From Botryllus schlosseri (Eukaryota): DNA of 64,000 nt. Shown piece after piece: positions 1 through 12,627 of the stretch (its first letter is position 1; each line of letters begins with the position of its first letter). The position numbers and the translations under genes are program-made. The DNA lies in assembly GCA_051294905.1 (NCBI GenBank), contig CM119373.1, forward strand, positions 746,001 to 810,000, written 5' to 3'. The notes under the pieces were generated by a model that searched no databases, was not told the origin of the DNA, and saw only the letters and a program-made list of their open reading frames with translations.

Positions 1-888
1 AACAAAAGTCCGGTAAATATCACAAAATCGACTGTTTTCAATATCTTCTTTCTGTTTGAACATTCATGGTTAGAGTAGGAACAAGTATGAGTATATTATG
101 ATTGCAACGCATTCGATATCACGCAAGTGTTTAAAAATGAGAGTAGAACCCCTGACTTGAATTCAATAATTAACAGTGAACATTATGACTGGAACTCGGG
201 TCTCAACTCGTATTCAAGCCGTCGTTCCTTGACACATCGAAATTATCTCATGGGAACCATACAGGTTTCTGAAGAAAAATATGTTTCAAATGACAATATT
301 CCGTTGGAACGGTTACAGCATGCGTCATCGTATCGTGGTCTCTGTGTCTACAAGACAGGCTGTCGCGTGTTACGACAAAGTAATACACGTGGAACGGTCC
401 GTCAGAAGAAAGAAATACGCAGCGGATACGCAACGCACCTTCCGGAGTCAGATTACATATTAGTAACATCAGATTACATATTAGTAACATCACATTACCT
501 TATCTCTGCGTTATATTATAGATTACTAACCTACGGATAGATACGCAAGTCCTGTCGTTACGGTCCGGCTAGCAGTTACACTTGTTGCTGAGCAATCTAA
601 AAGCAGCATAATTGGTGGAGTTATAGCTTGCGACCCGAGGGCTGATATGTAATGAAACTGGTCTTAATCGAGAGCTACTGCCGCACTGATTCCGAAAATA
701 AAAATCTTGTTAAGGATATGGAACCACCTCAAAACAGACCTAAAAATCTGAAAATCGGCATTGTTCCAACAATCACACCACCACAACACGATGAACATAA
801 CAATGGCCAATTTGGTCTAGCGATTGTTCAGAACAATGCCGATTTTCAGATTTTGAAGGATGTTTTGACATGGTCGGAATTAGACTAA

Positions 889-1230
889 GGGTTTCTACGT
901 GCGACTTTCGGCAAGAGTTTAAAGATGCTGTTGACAGTTTTGATCGACCACAGATGTTTCATTGACTCCAAAAACTATTGAAGTACATTACGTTAACGGA
1001 ATGTTTCGGTCTCTATCGTTCAAAGTCAAAATTTACATATCATCGTAACTGGCAAGACGTTATTGAACGACCACGCCGATAGTGGCCAGAGTAGGAGAGG
1101 ACTTTCATTCATTTGCAGCGGTGATCTTGTCGAAGGCGGACGTGGTTTGCGCTGAGCGGGTATGGAGGCGCGTATTTCAGTTAGTTGAGGGACTTTTGAT
1201 GCCTATAGAACCCCATGTCATTTATTTCGG
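889..1230. repeat. Dispersed repeat, copy 1 (copy 2 at 29359-30263)
   Basis: Starts TAA|GGGTTTCTACGTGCGAC and aligns over ~340 bp with 29359-30263 once the MITE in copy 2 is removed. Confidence 0.85.
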
Positions 1231-1332
1231 GGTCTGGTCTACTTTCCTACCCGCAAAGAAAAGTGTTCCCCATGAATATGTATAAATTTAAAGTGTTTCA
1301 CCATTTCATCACATATGCTCCCACTACACTAG

Positions 1333-1594
1333 ATAGAGAGAGAGATATGATATGATATTCTTTTTCGCCTGCACCATCGAGATGCTTTGTCGACGGAGTT
1401 GCGATACGGCCCCATGAGGTCATCTAGTCTGCGCCCCCGTTTTTTTTCTCCATGTTATCCGTGATTGCTGAGCGCCTAGCAGGATAGCTGCGGATACCAA
1501 TTTTTGAGTCTTTGGTATGACCCGGCCGGGGATCGAACCCACGACCTACCGCTCTAGAAGCCGGACGCATAACCATTACACTATCTCGCTCGGT
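1333..1594 (-). mobile_element. tRNA-derived SINE (central domain resembles the Meta-SINE core)
   Basis: Minus strand: A box TAGTGTAATGG, B box GGTTCGATCCC, then GGTCATACCAAAGACTCAAAAATTGGTATCCGCAGCTATCCTGCTAGGCGCTCAGCA, and a simple-repeat tail near 1333-1360. Superfamily assignment is from recall. Confidence 0.8.
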
Positions 1595-1605
1595 AGATAT
1601 TAGCC

Positions 1606-2053
1606 TAGGCTTACCATATTTTGGAAATGAAAAAAGAGGACACTTTTTCATAAATTTCAGACATGCAAAACTGGAGAAGAATTCTCAAAAACCGGTAAAT
1701 TTTACCCACTTCATGATCGGTTGACTAAAAGAAAAAAAAGGTCATCACTTCCGCTCAGAGCTCAAAATCACGTTTTTTACTCCACATTGCCAGGTGAATG
1801 ACTAAAAAAAAATAAGGTCTTCTTTTCGCTCAGAGCTGAAATCACCGCTTTGCCTTCCGAAATACCCGCCGGAGCTTCACTTCTGCGCTAATTTGCGGCA
1901 TATCACTCGCAATTTCCTCTCAATTTGACCTAAATTTTCATAAAAGAGGACAAAATCTCAAAAAAGAGGACAAAAGGGCGTCCTCCGAGGACACTTTCAA
2001 AAAAGTCAAAAAAGAGGACAAATCCTCTTAAAAGAGGACGTATGGTAAGCCTA
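1606..2053. mobile_element. hAT-type MITE, family A
   Basis: Terminal inverted repeats (TIRs) TAGGCTTACCATA / TATGGTAAGCCTA; perfect 8-bp TSD TATTAGCC (1598-1605, 2054-2061); subterminal AAGAGGAC motifs. Confidence 0.9.
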
Positions 2054-2589
2054 TATTAGCCTATATATTTAAGAGGACGTATGGTAAGCCTATATTAGCC
2101 TATATATTTAATATTAATATTATAGAGATATAATATGGATATAGGTTACCAACCTATGGTGAAAATAGTCACGTAATACATGTTTTTAATTACAGACAAT
2201 GTAAAGTGGATATTGCACAAGGTCAACGCCAACGTTTCGGTATCCGGCAAAATATCGTACTATTCTTGTATCTTTTGTGGTAATGCTAATACGGACGAGA
2301 ACGCCCGTGGATGTATAATTTGTTGTTTATTGAATAAAAAAAAATGAATTAACTGTTGGTCTTTTCCACCACCGTCAGAGATCTCGCCAGGCTCAGCAAT
2401 GGCAAACGAGTATGAAACCTGTATGGAATCGGTGTCCTGTGCTCACGCTATGTTGTATCTTTTAATTATTTTTTTATTAAAATACTTTAACTTGGAAAAT
2501 CATCGCCGCTCACCTGATATATCAAGCAAAAATGCCAGCGATTCCAACAGTAGACAGACGGACATGCGTCGACCAGCTGACGATATCTA

Positions 2590-3069
2590 TGGTCTACTTT
2601 AATACCCAGAGTATAAACTACGTTGTAATTTAGCTAGCGGACATTATAATTCGACCGGCGAACATCATAGAATTTAGCCGGCAGACGTATGTTCTACTTC
2701 TGTACCCAGAGTACAAACTACATCGTAATTTAGCCGGCGAACATTACTGGTCTACTTCTGTACCCAGAGTACAAACTACGTTCTAATTTAACCGTCGAAC
2801 ATCGCTGGTCTACGGACAATCGGACATACGTCGACCAGGTGACGATATCTCTTTTCAACCGGCCAACATAAATGGTCTACTTCTGTACCCAGAGTATAAA
2901 CTATATTCTAATTTAGCCTTTTGACATTACTGGTCTACTTCTGTACTCAGAGTACAAACTACGTTCTAATTTAACCGTCGAACATCGCTGGTCTACGGAC
3001 TTACGTCGACCAGGTGACGATATCTCTATTCAACCGGCCAACATAAATGGTCTACTTCTGTTCCCAGAG
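2590..3069. repeat. ~58-bp minisatellite, left part
   Basis: Repeated unit GGTCTACTTCTGTACCCAGAGTACAAACTACRTTCTAATTTAGCCGGCGAACATTACT with interspersed variant blocks. Confidence 0.9.
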
Positions 3070-4486
3070 CAATATTTCCTCTAAGCTGCGCACTTGCGGA
3101 AATGCGCAGTGCTGAAGCGGTCTCTGCGCACAGAAAATCTAAGTTGCGCACAAAAAATCCGAAGTGATGTTTTTTTTTTTGAGTCGTTGCGCACTGTTGT
3201 CCAAGGGACTACGCAGGCGCGCGAACTCGTGAAAAATTAGAGGGAACATTGCCAGGGGCAAATAGTGTTATCGCTGAAGTCTTACACCGAGGTACAAGTG
3301 CGGCCCGCAAAGGTAAATATTGCGCTCCGTGAAGAAATTAGACTTTGCAATCACTAGCGCCTTTGCAATCACTAGCGCCTAACGAAAAATCTTTTCTTTT
3401 AGTATGGTCTCGTACGCGTGAGCGATACTGATATCATTTCGATAGCGCATTATTTTCTGGGAATGGCGAAAAAACATGGTTTAACAAAGTAATAAATAAC
3501 AATGGGCTAGCTCGAAGTTAATCTGCGAGAAACTAGCGCATAGTCTTCTCCGCTTGTCATGAACATTGCGTAAGATTTCCTCAGGACCGTAACTGCCGCA
3601 CTCCAAACCCTCAATTAGGGGGCCAAGATCGAAGGGAGCCCAAAATTATTTCGTGAATTAACATAAATCATGGTGTATTTTTTGGGAATTAATTTTGTCA
3701 AATATCTCGATTATTGGGTAACCTTCCCACAACAAAAAATACGCGTAATTAAGAGAAATGGGCACTTGGACGTCGGCCATTACCTTGCCACGAGGCACCA
3801 AGACATATGAAGTTATAGGCTATGTGACATGCGACTCCGAGAAGTGCGCCAAAACGATCAGCAGCGAGAAAACCTTGGCCGAAAAGGACTGCCCTATATG
3901 CTGACCGAAAACTTCGATTCATACATATAAGTTTGAATGTTCATGTGCTGGCGATCCGAGTCCCACAAGACAAATGCCATGTCGAGGGAACATTATTTGC
4001 CAGTAGATAAATACCAATTTTAAATCGTGTTCGTGTTTTAGTTTAGTTTTGACATAGCCGATAGGAGGTCACGAAATAGCATCATGTAACGAAGTCATTA
4101 TACCAACGGGTGCGCCCGAAGATGTTTATTTAATATTTAGAGGACCTACCTTTTCTAACACACCTCACTTGATCAGCTTTACCGGTAAATCTGATTATGT
4201 GAGCAGAGTGAGGATAAAAATGGATAGCAATAGATATATGTAATTCCCGATCATATTGACCGATTCAATCATGAATCATATAAAATTTTCGCGCGTTCAT
4301 GCGACATAACCACCAAACCGGCCCCCGATGTAGATGATAAGTATCGGCAAAAAGCGCATAGCCCGATAGGGGGGTCTGGTAGGCGAAGCCCCCCCAGAAG
4401 TTCGGTTTATCACCTTATGTGGAGGGCTGGTTGCGCAGTGAGTTAACGTGTTCTCGCAGACTGGTGAAAAATTAGAGGGAACATTG
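3070..4486. mobile_element. Composite hAT-type non-autonomous element inserted in the minisatellite
   Basis: Left TIR CAATATTTCCTCTAA; right TIR TTAGAGGGAACATTG occurs twice (ending 3251 and 4486); TSD TCCCAGAG/ACCCAGAG flanks only the outer ends. Confidence 0.8.
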
Positions 4487-4662
4487 ACCCAGAGTACAAA
4501 CTACATTCTAATTTAGCCGGCGAACATTACTTACTGGTCTACTTCTGTACCCAGAGTACAAACTACATTCTAATTTAGCCGGCGGACATTACTGGTCTAC
4601 TTCTGTATCCAGAGTATACTACGCTATGATTTAGCCTTCGGACATTATACCTGTCTACTTCT
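4487..4662. repeat. ~58-bp minisatellite, right part
   Basis: Same unit as 2590-3069 resumes in register after the TSD. Confidence 0.9.
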
Positions 4663-4905
4663 ACAATATGACGCTATAATAGCGTCGAACAATGACGGTC
4701 GAACAATAATGTAGCCTTGAAGTACGGCAAGGCGATTGATATAGCTCACAATAAGCATTGAGCATTACCAAGTGAGTTACACTTGATATCGTGGGTCAGC
4801 GGAAATGGCACTGACGATGTCGGCAAGGTAATGACGCAGTGACCTTGTACGACGCCACATCCACTCATCAATATACGACGCAATGAACGTTCTCTTGCAA
4901 CCGCT

Positions 4906-6214
4906 CAGTGGCGTATCCAGGGGGGGGTTTTAGGGGGTCGGAACCCCCCCCTTTTCAAAATCCTAAAAATTGATGTCAAATATAGCCTCTAATATTTGCT
5001 AATTTATTAGTTTAACATATTCGTTTTTACGTATGAGAAGGCGAATATGGCGTCTTAATGTTATTTAAGGGGACTAACACCCCTACAAAATATTGGAATT
5101 ATGCGCCGAATTAGTCGAAAGGATAAAATAGGTCATTATAATTCGCTAATTCCATACGAATTCTGCACTTGTTCAGCTACATTTCAGCTGTGGCAATTGC
5201 CGACGTTCTCAACTTTCTTCCCTCGATTTCTCTCTCGCCTTGCTAAAACGAGAGACTCATTTTAGGAAAATCTAATCTAATTGGCCGACGCGATACGTAA
5301 TTGCAAAGACGAAGTTGTCGGCAATCAACATCGCTCGCGAATTCGCTCCGCCTTGAAATCCTAATTAAGAATTGCACGCGGCGGCGTGTTGATTGATCAG
5401 CGAGACGCAGACACGACGGCACCAGTACGACAATGCTATTCTCAAATCCACATTGTATTCGCGATTATTGGCGAGAAATGGCCTAGGATTGACATTCACA
5501 TTTCAAAATACAAGCCTAGCAATCCACGTTCCCGATTGTTAGGTGGCTTGCTGTCGTCCAAATACAGGCCTATGTTGTCGCTGAACGGGAGAATTGAGTA
5601 GGCCTAGTAGTAAAGCCTAATTATATCGGCTGACAAGTTTCTCTGTTGATCAAGTTATTATCCCAGTGTGTACTCTGTATTAGTTGACTGACTTGCGTGC
5701 TTGCAATTAAGGTCTAATTATCTTCGCGCGTACTACACGCTCAGCCGTATGGCTAGTAAAGCCATCGTAAAGCACACATTCGTGTACGACGTACACTGTT
5801 CACACCACACCTCTCTGTGGCGATCGCCCTCGTTTTTGCTACCGCCCTATTCCGCGCTTGTTCGTCCGCTGCGATACTACCGACCGTGCGCATAATATCG
5901 TCAAAACCCAACAAAATCACGCATCTCTGACCGGAACTAGGCGCTTGAAGACGGGCGGCATTTGCCGGCTCATGACTAAATGTGAGCATTTACGAATTTC
6001 TTTCAATCAGACCATAAAAGAAACGCGATTTTCAGGCAATGTCCGTATCGTATTCGTACATCTCCCACTCACCGCAAATCTCTGTTTATTATTAAACTAT
6101 AATGTATTAAATATTCGCCAGGGCGTGGAGACGAGTGATCGTAATGATGACGTCACAATAGCCAATTTCGTAACGCAAAACCCCCCCCTTTTTCGCGCTC
6201 TGGATACGCGCCTG
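4906..6214. mobile_element. Non-autonomous hAT-type element, family B
   Basis: TIRs CAGTGGCGTATCCAG / CTGGATACGCGCCTG with G/C runs; TSD CAACCGCT/GAACCGCT; second, truncated copy at 8233-8757. Confidence 0.85.
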
Positions 6215-6474
6215 GAACCGCTCATTCGATTAAATTTACGTTTACAGTCACGCTATAAACTCCATATTATTGGTATGCACCCCTTGGGTAGTGATAAACC
6301 TGCGAGAGTGACATACTGTTCGGTCCCCTGTGCAATATACCTCTGGATAAGAGGGAGCAGGGTGGAGGCGTTACGGCGGTCAACAAACCGCATGAAACAT
6401 TGCCTGCGAACAAGTAGATAATTAAAGTCTGTACAACCTCATTTGGTATTTTCATATTCTATGTACAAACCCAG

Positions 6475-7096
6475 TTGTTAGGTCCACGCCCCCGAAGATT
6501 CGTCTATGGCCACAATGTGGCCCGGACCACCGACTACTCCGCTGCCCCGGAGTAGTTCTGCCGAACAAACCTTGAGGAAAAAACATCCATATAATGTCGA
6601 CTGAAAGTTGCTATAAACGTTTGAATAATTAAGGTAACAATACCTCTCTAAAAAATGCGCACCAGTCGACGGCGGTGCTTTTGCTTATGTCAATCTCCTC
6701 CCTGATTGCTTTTTGGGAGTAGTCCTTGGTCCATAAGTATAACAGGTAGAGGAGCTTGGTGGCGGTGAGCGAACTCCCTTCAAAAAAGGACCCCAATCGG
6801 ATAGTGCACCATCGCCGGCATGCCCGCACCTGCAGAGGTCAAAACATGCTCCAAAATTATTTTCTAATAATGCTGGGATTAGCAGTATATTATTTCATAC
6901 CGGACAACGCCAAGCTACTTTGTCCAAGCACTTCCTCTTTTTTCCACCATCTCCACATTACAACGAGAGCGCACAGCCGATTGCTGGAAAGCAATCCGTG
7001 CTCCATGAAAAAAGCAATCGCTGCAGCGTCGCTTCGGCAGAGTTTAGCGATTAAATATAATGATGATGTCCCAACATACGATTTACGAAGAGTCAT
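6475..7096 (-). pseudogene. Merlin (ISXO2/IS1595-like) transposase remnant with two introns
   Basis: Removing GT-AG introns 6900-6830 and 6643-6571 gives DKVAWRCP|VRACRRWCTIRLGSFFEGSSL...TAVDWCAFFRE|VCSAELLRGSGVVGGPGHIVAIDES, matching the Merlin zinc-ribbon/HTH and GGPGxxVEIDES motifs. Truncated after the first catalytic Asp. Confidence 0.85.
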
Positions 7097-8232
7097 GAGC
7101 ATTTACGACATTGCGGTCAACAAAAGAAAATAAACTTTCGAAATTTTGATCCAATAAATATTGTTGATGTTCAGAGTATGAACGAATTTCGACTTCGTCG
7201 ATTTGGAGTGTATGACGGCGTATTTTCAGGAATATAACAGCTGCTGCTGGTTGCAGTGTATGACGGGTCACGGCGTATTTCAAGGAAGATAACAGCTGCT
7301 GCTGAACAGAGACCGTCAACACCCCGCAAATTCAAAGATAATTCCGCATACAATTATCGATTATATCGCTGATCAGCCTAAGATCAGATTCGAGAATTCG
7401 CTAGTTACATGTCCAATATAGTCGTTAAATGAGGAGAGACAGTTCTTCTAGCAACAAAGTGGTGAGGAAGAGGCCGAGACCCGATCGTTATCAGTAGGGC
7501 AAGTTTTTGTTGCAGTCAAATCCGTGGAAAGCTGCACCTATTTTCTCAAAATCTGCAGTGAAAAGTAGTCACAAAATTTGCAGTAAGAAGTTGTTTTATG
7601 GACTAATTGCTTCAACAAAATCAATAAGCCTTAGCCTAAAAATTGACCCATTGAAAATATTTAATTTCGGCGGTCTAGCCTCAGAAAGTACCTCAAATTT
7701 AAACGATAGTGAGATAATAGGGAAATCTATTTACATATAGTGTCAAATATGCCCTGTAAAAAGTTGCATTACAAATCGCTGTAAATCGAAAATACTTGAA
7801 AATTTAAGTTGCAATATAACATTCGTCCAAATAGCTTGAGACAACAACATACTACATAAATTCTGAGTATTGAGGTGATGAATATACGTGAATAGGGGTA
7901 GGAAACAGGAGAGGATATATTTAGAGAATAAAGTGAACCATTGATAGCAAATAGAATCTCATTACGTACCAGACTGTCGCAACCGGACCCGAGAAGCCCG
8001 GTCTTCATCCGATTGTTGTCTTTTGACGCATGTTTGTCTCCTATTTCAGGCACAGAAACTATGTGTTACAACATTTGTCGTTGGGCAAGCATGTGTCTAT
8101 GGAAAGCGTCGATGTCATATACCTGCGTAGATGCAGTACACTGATAGATAACTGTACGTTCGTATTCCAAGGTATTATATGATAAGATGTGGCACATTCG
8201 TTATGACCGGTCATAGTCGGCTGTTTGTGTCG

Positions 8233-8757
8233 CAGGGTCGTATCCAAGAGGGGGGTTTGGGGTGTCGAAACCCCACGTTTCATAATTAAAAAAATTCATG
8301 TCAAATGTAGCTTCTGACATTTGTAATCATAGCGGTTATTCGTACGATGGGGCAAATATGACGCTTTATTGTTATTTAGGGGGTCAAAAACTCCTTCAAA
8401 AATATTGGAATTATGCGCCGAATCAGTTGAAAGGATTAGAAAAAGTCTGTAAATTTCAATAATTTCGTCCGCATTCTGCGATGTTTCAGCTCATTTCAGC
8501 TGTGGCAGTTGCTAACTTAGTCAACTTTTTAGCTGGATTCTTTCTCGATTTTTAAAAACGAGAGACGTTTTTCACAAAATTCCGATCTAGTTGGTGAACG
8601 CGATATGTATAATTGTATGTGTAACTGCAAAAACGAAGCATTTGGCAAACAACATCGGCCTATTTTTCGCTGTGCCGTGCCGTGACTTATGACTCGCCTG
8701 GAGATCATAATTAAGGATTGCAGAAAGCAGACGTGTTTATTGATCAGCGAGAAGCAG
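8233..8757. mobile_element. Truncated left part of a family B element
   Basis: CAGGGTCGTATCCAAGAGGGGG start; colinear with 4906-5410; no right TIR seen. Confidence 0.8.
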
Positions 8758-10831
8758 GTATCTTCCTGTGGCGAAAATTCATCCTACTGGACTGTTTTTT
8801 TAATGTTCATGTCTTATAGGCCATTGAAGTTCAATACCAGGTTGGACGAATCAATAAACATTTCTCTCCCTCTCTCGTCCGAACGGTTGGAGCATGTATG
8901 AGGATATTTACAAGGAAATCAATCGGTCCATTTGATAAGCTTGTATTAACTTTGAGGTGAATTGCAGCAACTATGTTCCAGAATATTATAACGGATCGAC
9001 CATTTGCTGAAGAACATACTTGCTAAATATGACTCTCGTCTGCGATAACATCTGCAATTCATCGTCGGAGAGCACACGCATCCCTCCTGTAAGATCATTT
9101 GCGCTCGAATCCTATATTTCCAACTTGAATTCAAGCTGACACATCATAACAAGCGGCTCTTTAATTTCCATCCGCCCATTCCCAAGGCATACATATATAC
9201 AATATGAACACATGATGAGAGGAAATCTAAAATTCAAAAAATCGATAGAAAATAGTGATTGTATATAGAAAATAGCAATCGTATATAGCCTGCGTGTGCA
9301 GCTCGTCCTCAGTAAGTAAGTGCTTTCCGGTGCTGGCTCCGTAGTCAACATTGTCACCGCCACCCACGGCGCCAGGAACGTCTTCATCTCTTCCGTCTCT
9401 AGAGCTCATCTTGGTCACGTACACACGGTAATATAACTATATCCAGTGTTTCCCCTCTAGGTTCCTGGATAAACCCTGGCATAAAAACTTTGTCGGTTAT
9501 AGATTCCTTGCTATCGGACACGACGACCGTCATTCCCATGGATGCAGTTTTCGAATACATCACACAACAAACAAACAAACTTCCCCGGCATTCCAACAGG
9601 TGTCTCGCTCAAGGACATCAACTTGTAACTATGCCAAATTTCCAATGGTTTGGTCCACATGTTGAACTATTCCAAGAATCTTTGATAAGGATTGGCAACA
9701 TTTGAAAGGAAGTTTTTGCATTCAATTTCGTATATCTCTTGTACATTTTTGAGAAAAAAGCCCCTTCGACTTTCATGAAGTGTTGATTTTTCCTGCAAGT
9801 ATTTCTTGAATGATTTCAGGGTTGTCAAAAGTGTTGCTTGCTATTTCCACGGTGTGTGTGAGGTAAACAGACATTAGTGTGCAGATGCCTCACCCATTTC
9901 ATTTTTAACGAATTGGTTTGGTTGATAATGGACGATTCTCGCCGCTTTAGCGCCCCCAGTGGACGGTTGGCGGTTGTGATTTCGCCTTGATAAGGCTAGC
10001 ATTGTGTGGTATGCTATTCTCGTTTTGTGCTTCTGGAGAAATGTTACTGCGAAAGTACGAGTTGTTAGGTTTTGGAACACTATTGATTTCGTGTAATTGC
10101 TAGAGAATTCAGGTTCCTACTCCTTCACTAGTAGACGTGTAACAAGCCTGACGATTTGGCGTGGTGTTGTTTCCTCGCTGAACTGCAAGCATTGTCTCCC
10201 AATGTCCAAAGTAACAGAAGCACTATATATACGGAGTTGAAGCACCCCGCATAAGGCATCTTCCACATGATAGAGACATGTCATAATATTTCTGAATCAA
10301 ATTCTCTCTGCTTTTCCCCGACATCTCACTTTTTCTAAATCCCTTCTACCGATTTCCCGCTAGTTATAATTCGAGATTTGGTAGTTACTCAAAGGTAGCA
10401 TCATTTCGTGTTATCAAGCCTCCTCTACTAATGGTATATCAAAAACTTTTCATGATGATTTAAACTTTTCGCCCCCATCCTACGAGCAAGAAATTTGACT
10501 GCGGGGTCTACTGATGATATTATTCAAGCTTCTTGATGGTCGGCCTTACTCCCTTTTTGTAGTTTTGTTGAATACAAGCGGCATACTTTGAAAAAGTAAC
10601 GGTGCGTTGTCACATTCGGTGTTGAAGTAGATGTCAAGTCCTTGGTAGGGTTTTTATTCTGTTATGGCGACCTATATATACGTAATGTAAGAGATCTGGA
10701 TATCGTTTTGCGGAAACTGCCAATATATGCTTGTTTCATTTTTTGAAGCGACTTTTTAACGGATTCATCCTGTCGGTGGAAATGTGTCTTGTTTCGAATT
10801 TCCCGATCTTATTGGCCGCTTTTATCATGAA

Positions 10832-11349
10832 CAGGGCTGGGCACAATGATTCGAGTACTCGAATCAGAATCGAGTATTAATTTTAATGATTCGAGTCGAG
10901 TAGTAAAGGACGATTTTTTTGAGTACTGAAATTGTACTCTTCTCGCCACTGAATGTTAATTTATCAACGAGAATTATAGTTTCGATACTAATTTTCACTG
11001 TAGAAGCCTCGGAACCTTGATTGGCTGTATCGTAGCATACGAAACATATGGTACAAATCTACGAAGGTTACTGGATGTAGCACATTTCCGAAGTCATGGT
11101 TATCCCACAACATCATCACCAAGTGCAATGAAGTCGGTATGGTCGAAAAAAATACCAAAGTATCCATTCATGAGACGGATAACAGGCATTAAATTATTTG
11201 TGGTGACATAAGAGTAGATATTTGAACTTTGACGTATTATATTAAGTCATGGCGTCATAATGGGTGATACTAGATTACTGGACTCGACTCGAAGCATATT
11301 ACGTGATTCAAAATCGAATCACTCCGGTACTCGATTTTGCCCAGCCCTA
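10832..11349. mobile_element. hAT-type MITE, family C
   Basis: TIRs CAGGGCTGGGCA / TGCCCAGCCCTA; perfect TSD ATCATGAA; TCGAGT/ACTCGA subterminal motifs. Confidence 0.92.
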
Positions 11350-11499
11350 ATCATGAATTATCGAAAATTTTCGCGCCTAGCGCTGGCTCACTAGACAGTA
11401 CGACTAATTTTGTGACAAAAGCGAACAATGTGATGGGGGAGGGGGCGGGTTACCACCTTATCGGAGCCAAAGACCCAATTTTTTTGAGCGGGCTGACGA

Positions 11500-11770
11500 A
11501 GTGCTGTTTTATTCCTGCCAACGGGTGTACGCCCGATAATATTGACCGGTTCAATCATGAATTATATAAATTTTTCGCGCATCGCGCGTCCAGGCGGGAA
11601 TATCTGACTCACTAAACGGACACCCAATGTAGATGACAAGTAGCGGCAAAGATCGGATTGCCAGAGGGGGGTCTGGGGGGCGAAGCCCCCCAGAAGTTTG
11701 GTTTATCACCGAATGGGGGGCCCTAGACCAACGTTTTGGGGGGGCCTGACGAAGTGCTGTTACGGCCCTG
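11500..11770. repeat. Right end of a hAT-like repeat also present at ~4100-4420
   Basis: 11539-11710 aligns with ~4255-4413; ends GTTACGGCCCTG, complementary to the left-end type CAGGACCGTAAC at 3583. Confidence 0.65.
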
Positions 11771-12627
11771 GTAATTAGTTGATTATACTGACGCATTGGC
11801 GATCAATACTTCGATGGGTCAATGTCATGTGAGTATAGTTTGGTGGCGACGTTGACACGTCTGACACGTTTCCTATTCACCGCTGCGTACATTGTTTTAA
11901 ACTTGCTCGTAAGGAAAGTAGTCCAGTTTCGAATTCTTTCGAGTCGTCGTCCACATCACAGAAACTGGCTCTGTTATCCTTCATTGTACTATCCGTATGT
12001 CTATGGCTGGGCATAATGACTCCAGTACCCGAAACCATGACCGTATGATGGCGAGTGGGACCTTCGTTATTGACAATGGTTCCTATTATTAGTTGTGGAT
12101 GTGCAACTGTGCATATCCGGCGGTATCGTCGAACTGTAAAGCGAGGAAGCAAGTTACGTTAGATGATATCACATCAACCCTTACGGTTACGTTCGATGAT
12201 ATCACATCAACCCTTACGGGTGCGTGCCAGTGATGAGCATCGCAGCAGAGTCGTAGTGTATTCGCAGCGGAGTTTTGCCGATTTTGTGACTGTCGGAGTT
12301 AACTACAAATATTTTTTCGGACTACTACAAATATTTTTTCGGACATCTTCGAAGTGTTGCAACTTTTGTCCCCGATATATTTGGATATTTCTGACCAGAA
12401 GACGCTACTGATTACAAACCAAAACACAGACAGTTGACACCATGTAAAGTTGTAATATGACGGGTAACATGCTAAAATGTAATATGACGGGTAACATGCT
12501 AAAATGAGTGCCAAGTGCATAGAAATCTGTCGTGCAATTGGAGACTGGAGAGTCGACAATGCTATGAGGCCAACCATATTATCACATATATTCAGTAAAA
12601 CACATTACCAAGTGTACCATGCTTGAC

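Noticed and set aside
1515..1594. tRNA gene
   Set aside because: A and B boxes are present, but I could not fold a convincing cloverleaf, and the sequence continues into a SINE body and tail.
2590..4662. CRISPR-like array
   Set aside because: Units repeat in full with no unique spacers; eukaryotic context and no cas genes. It is a minisatellite.
5858..6421. 187-aa ORF
   Set aside because: Spans a MITE terminus, its TSD and unrelated flank; no motifs; spurious.
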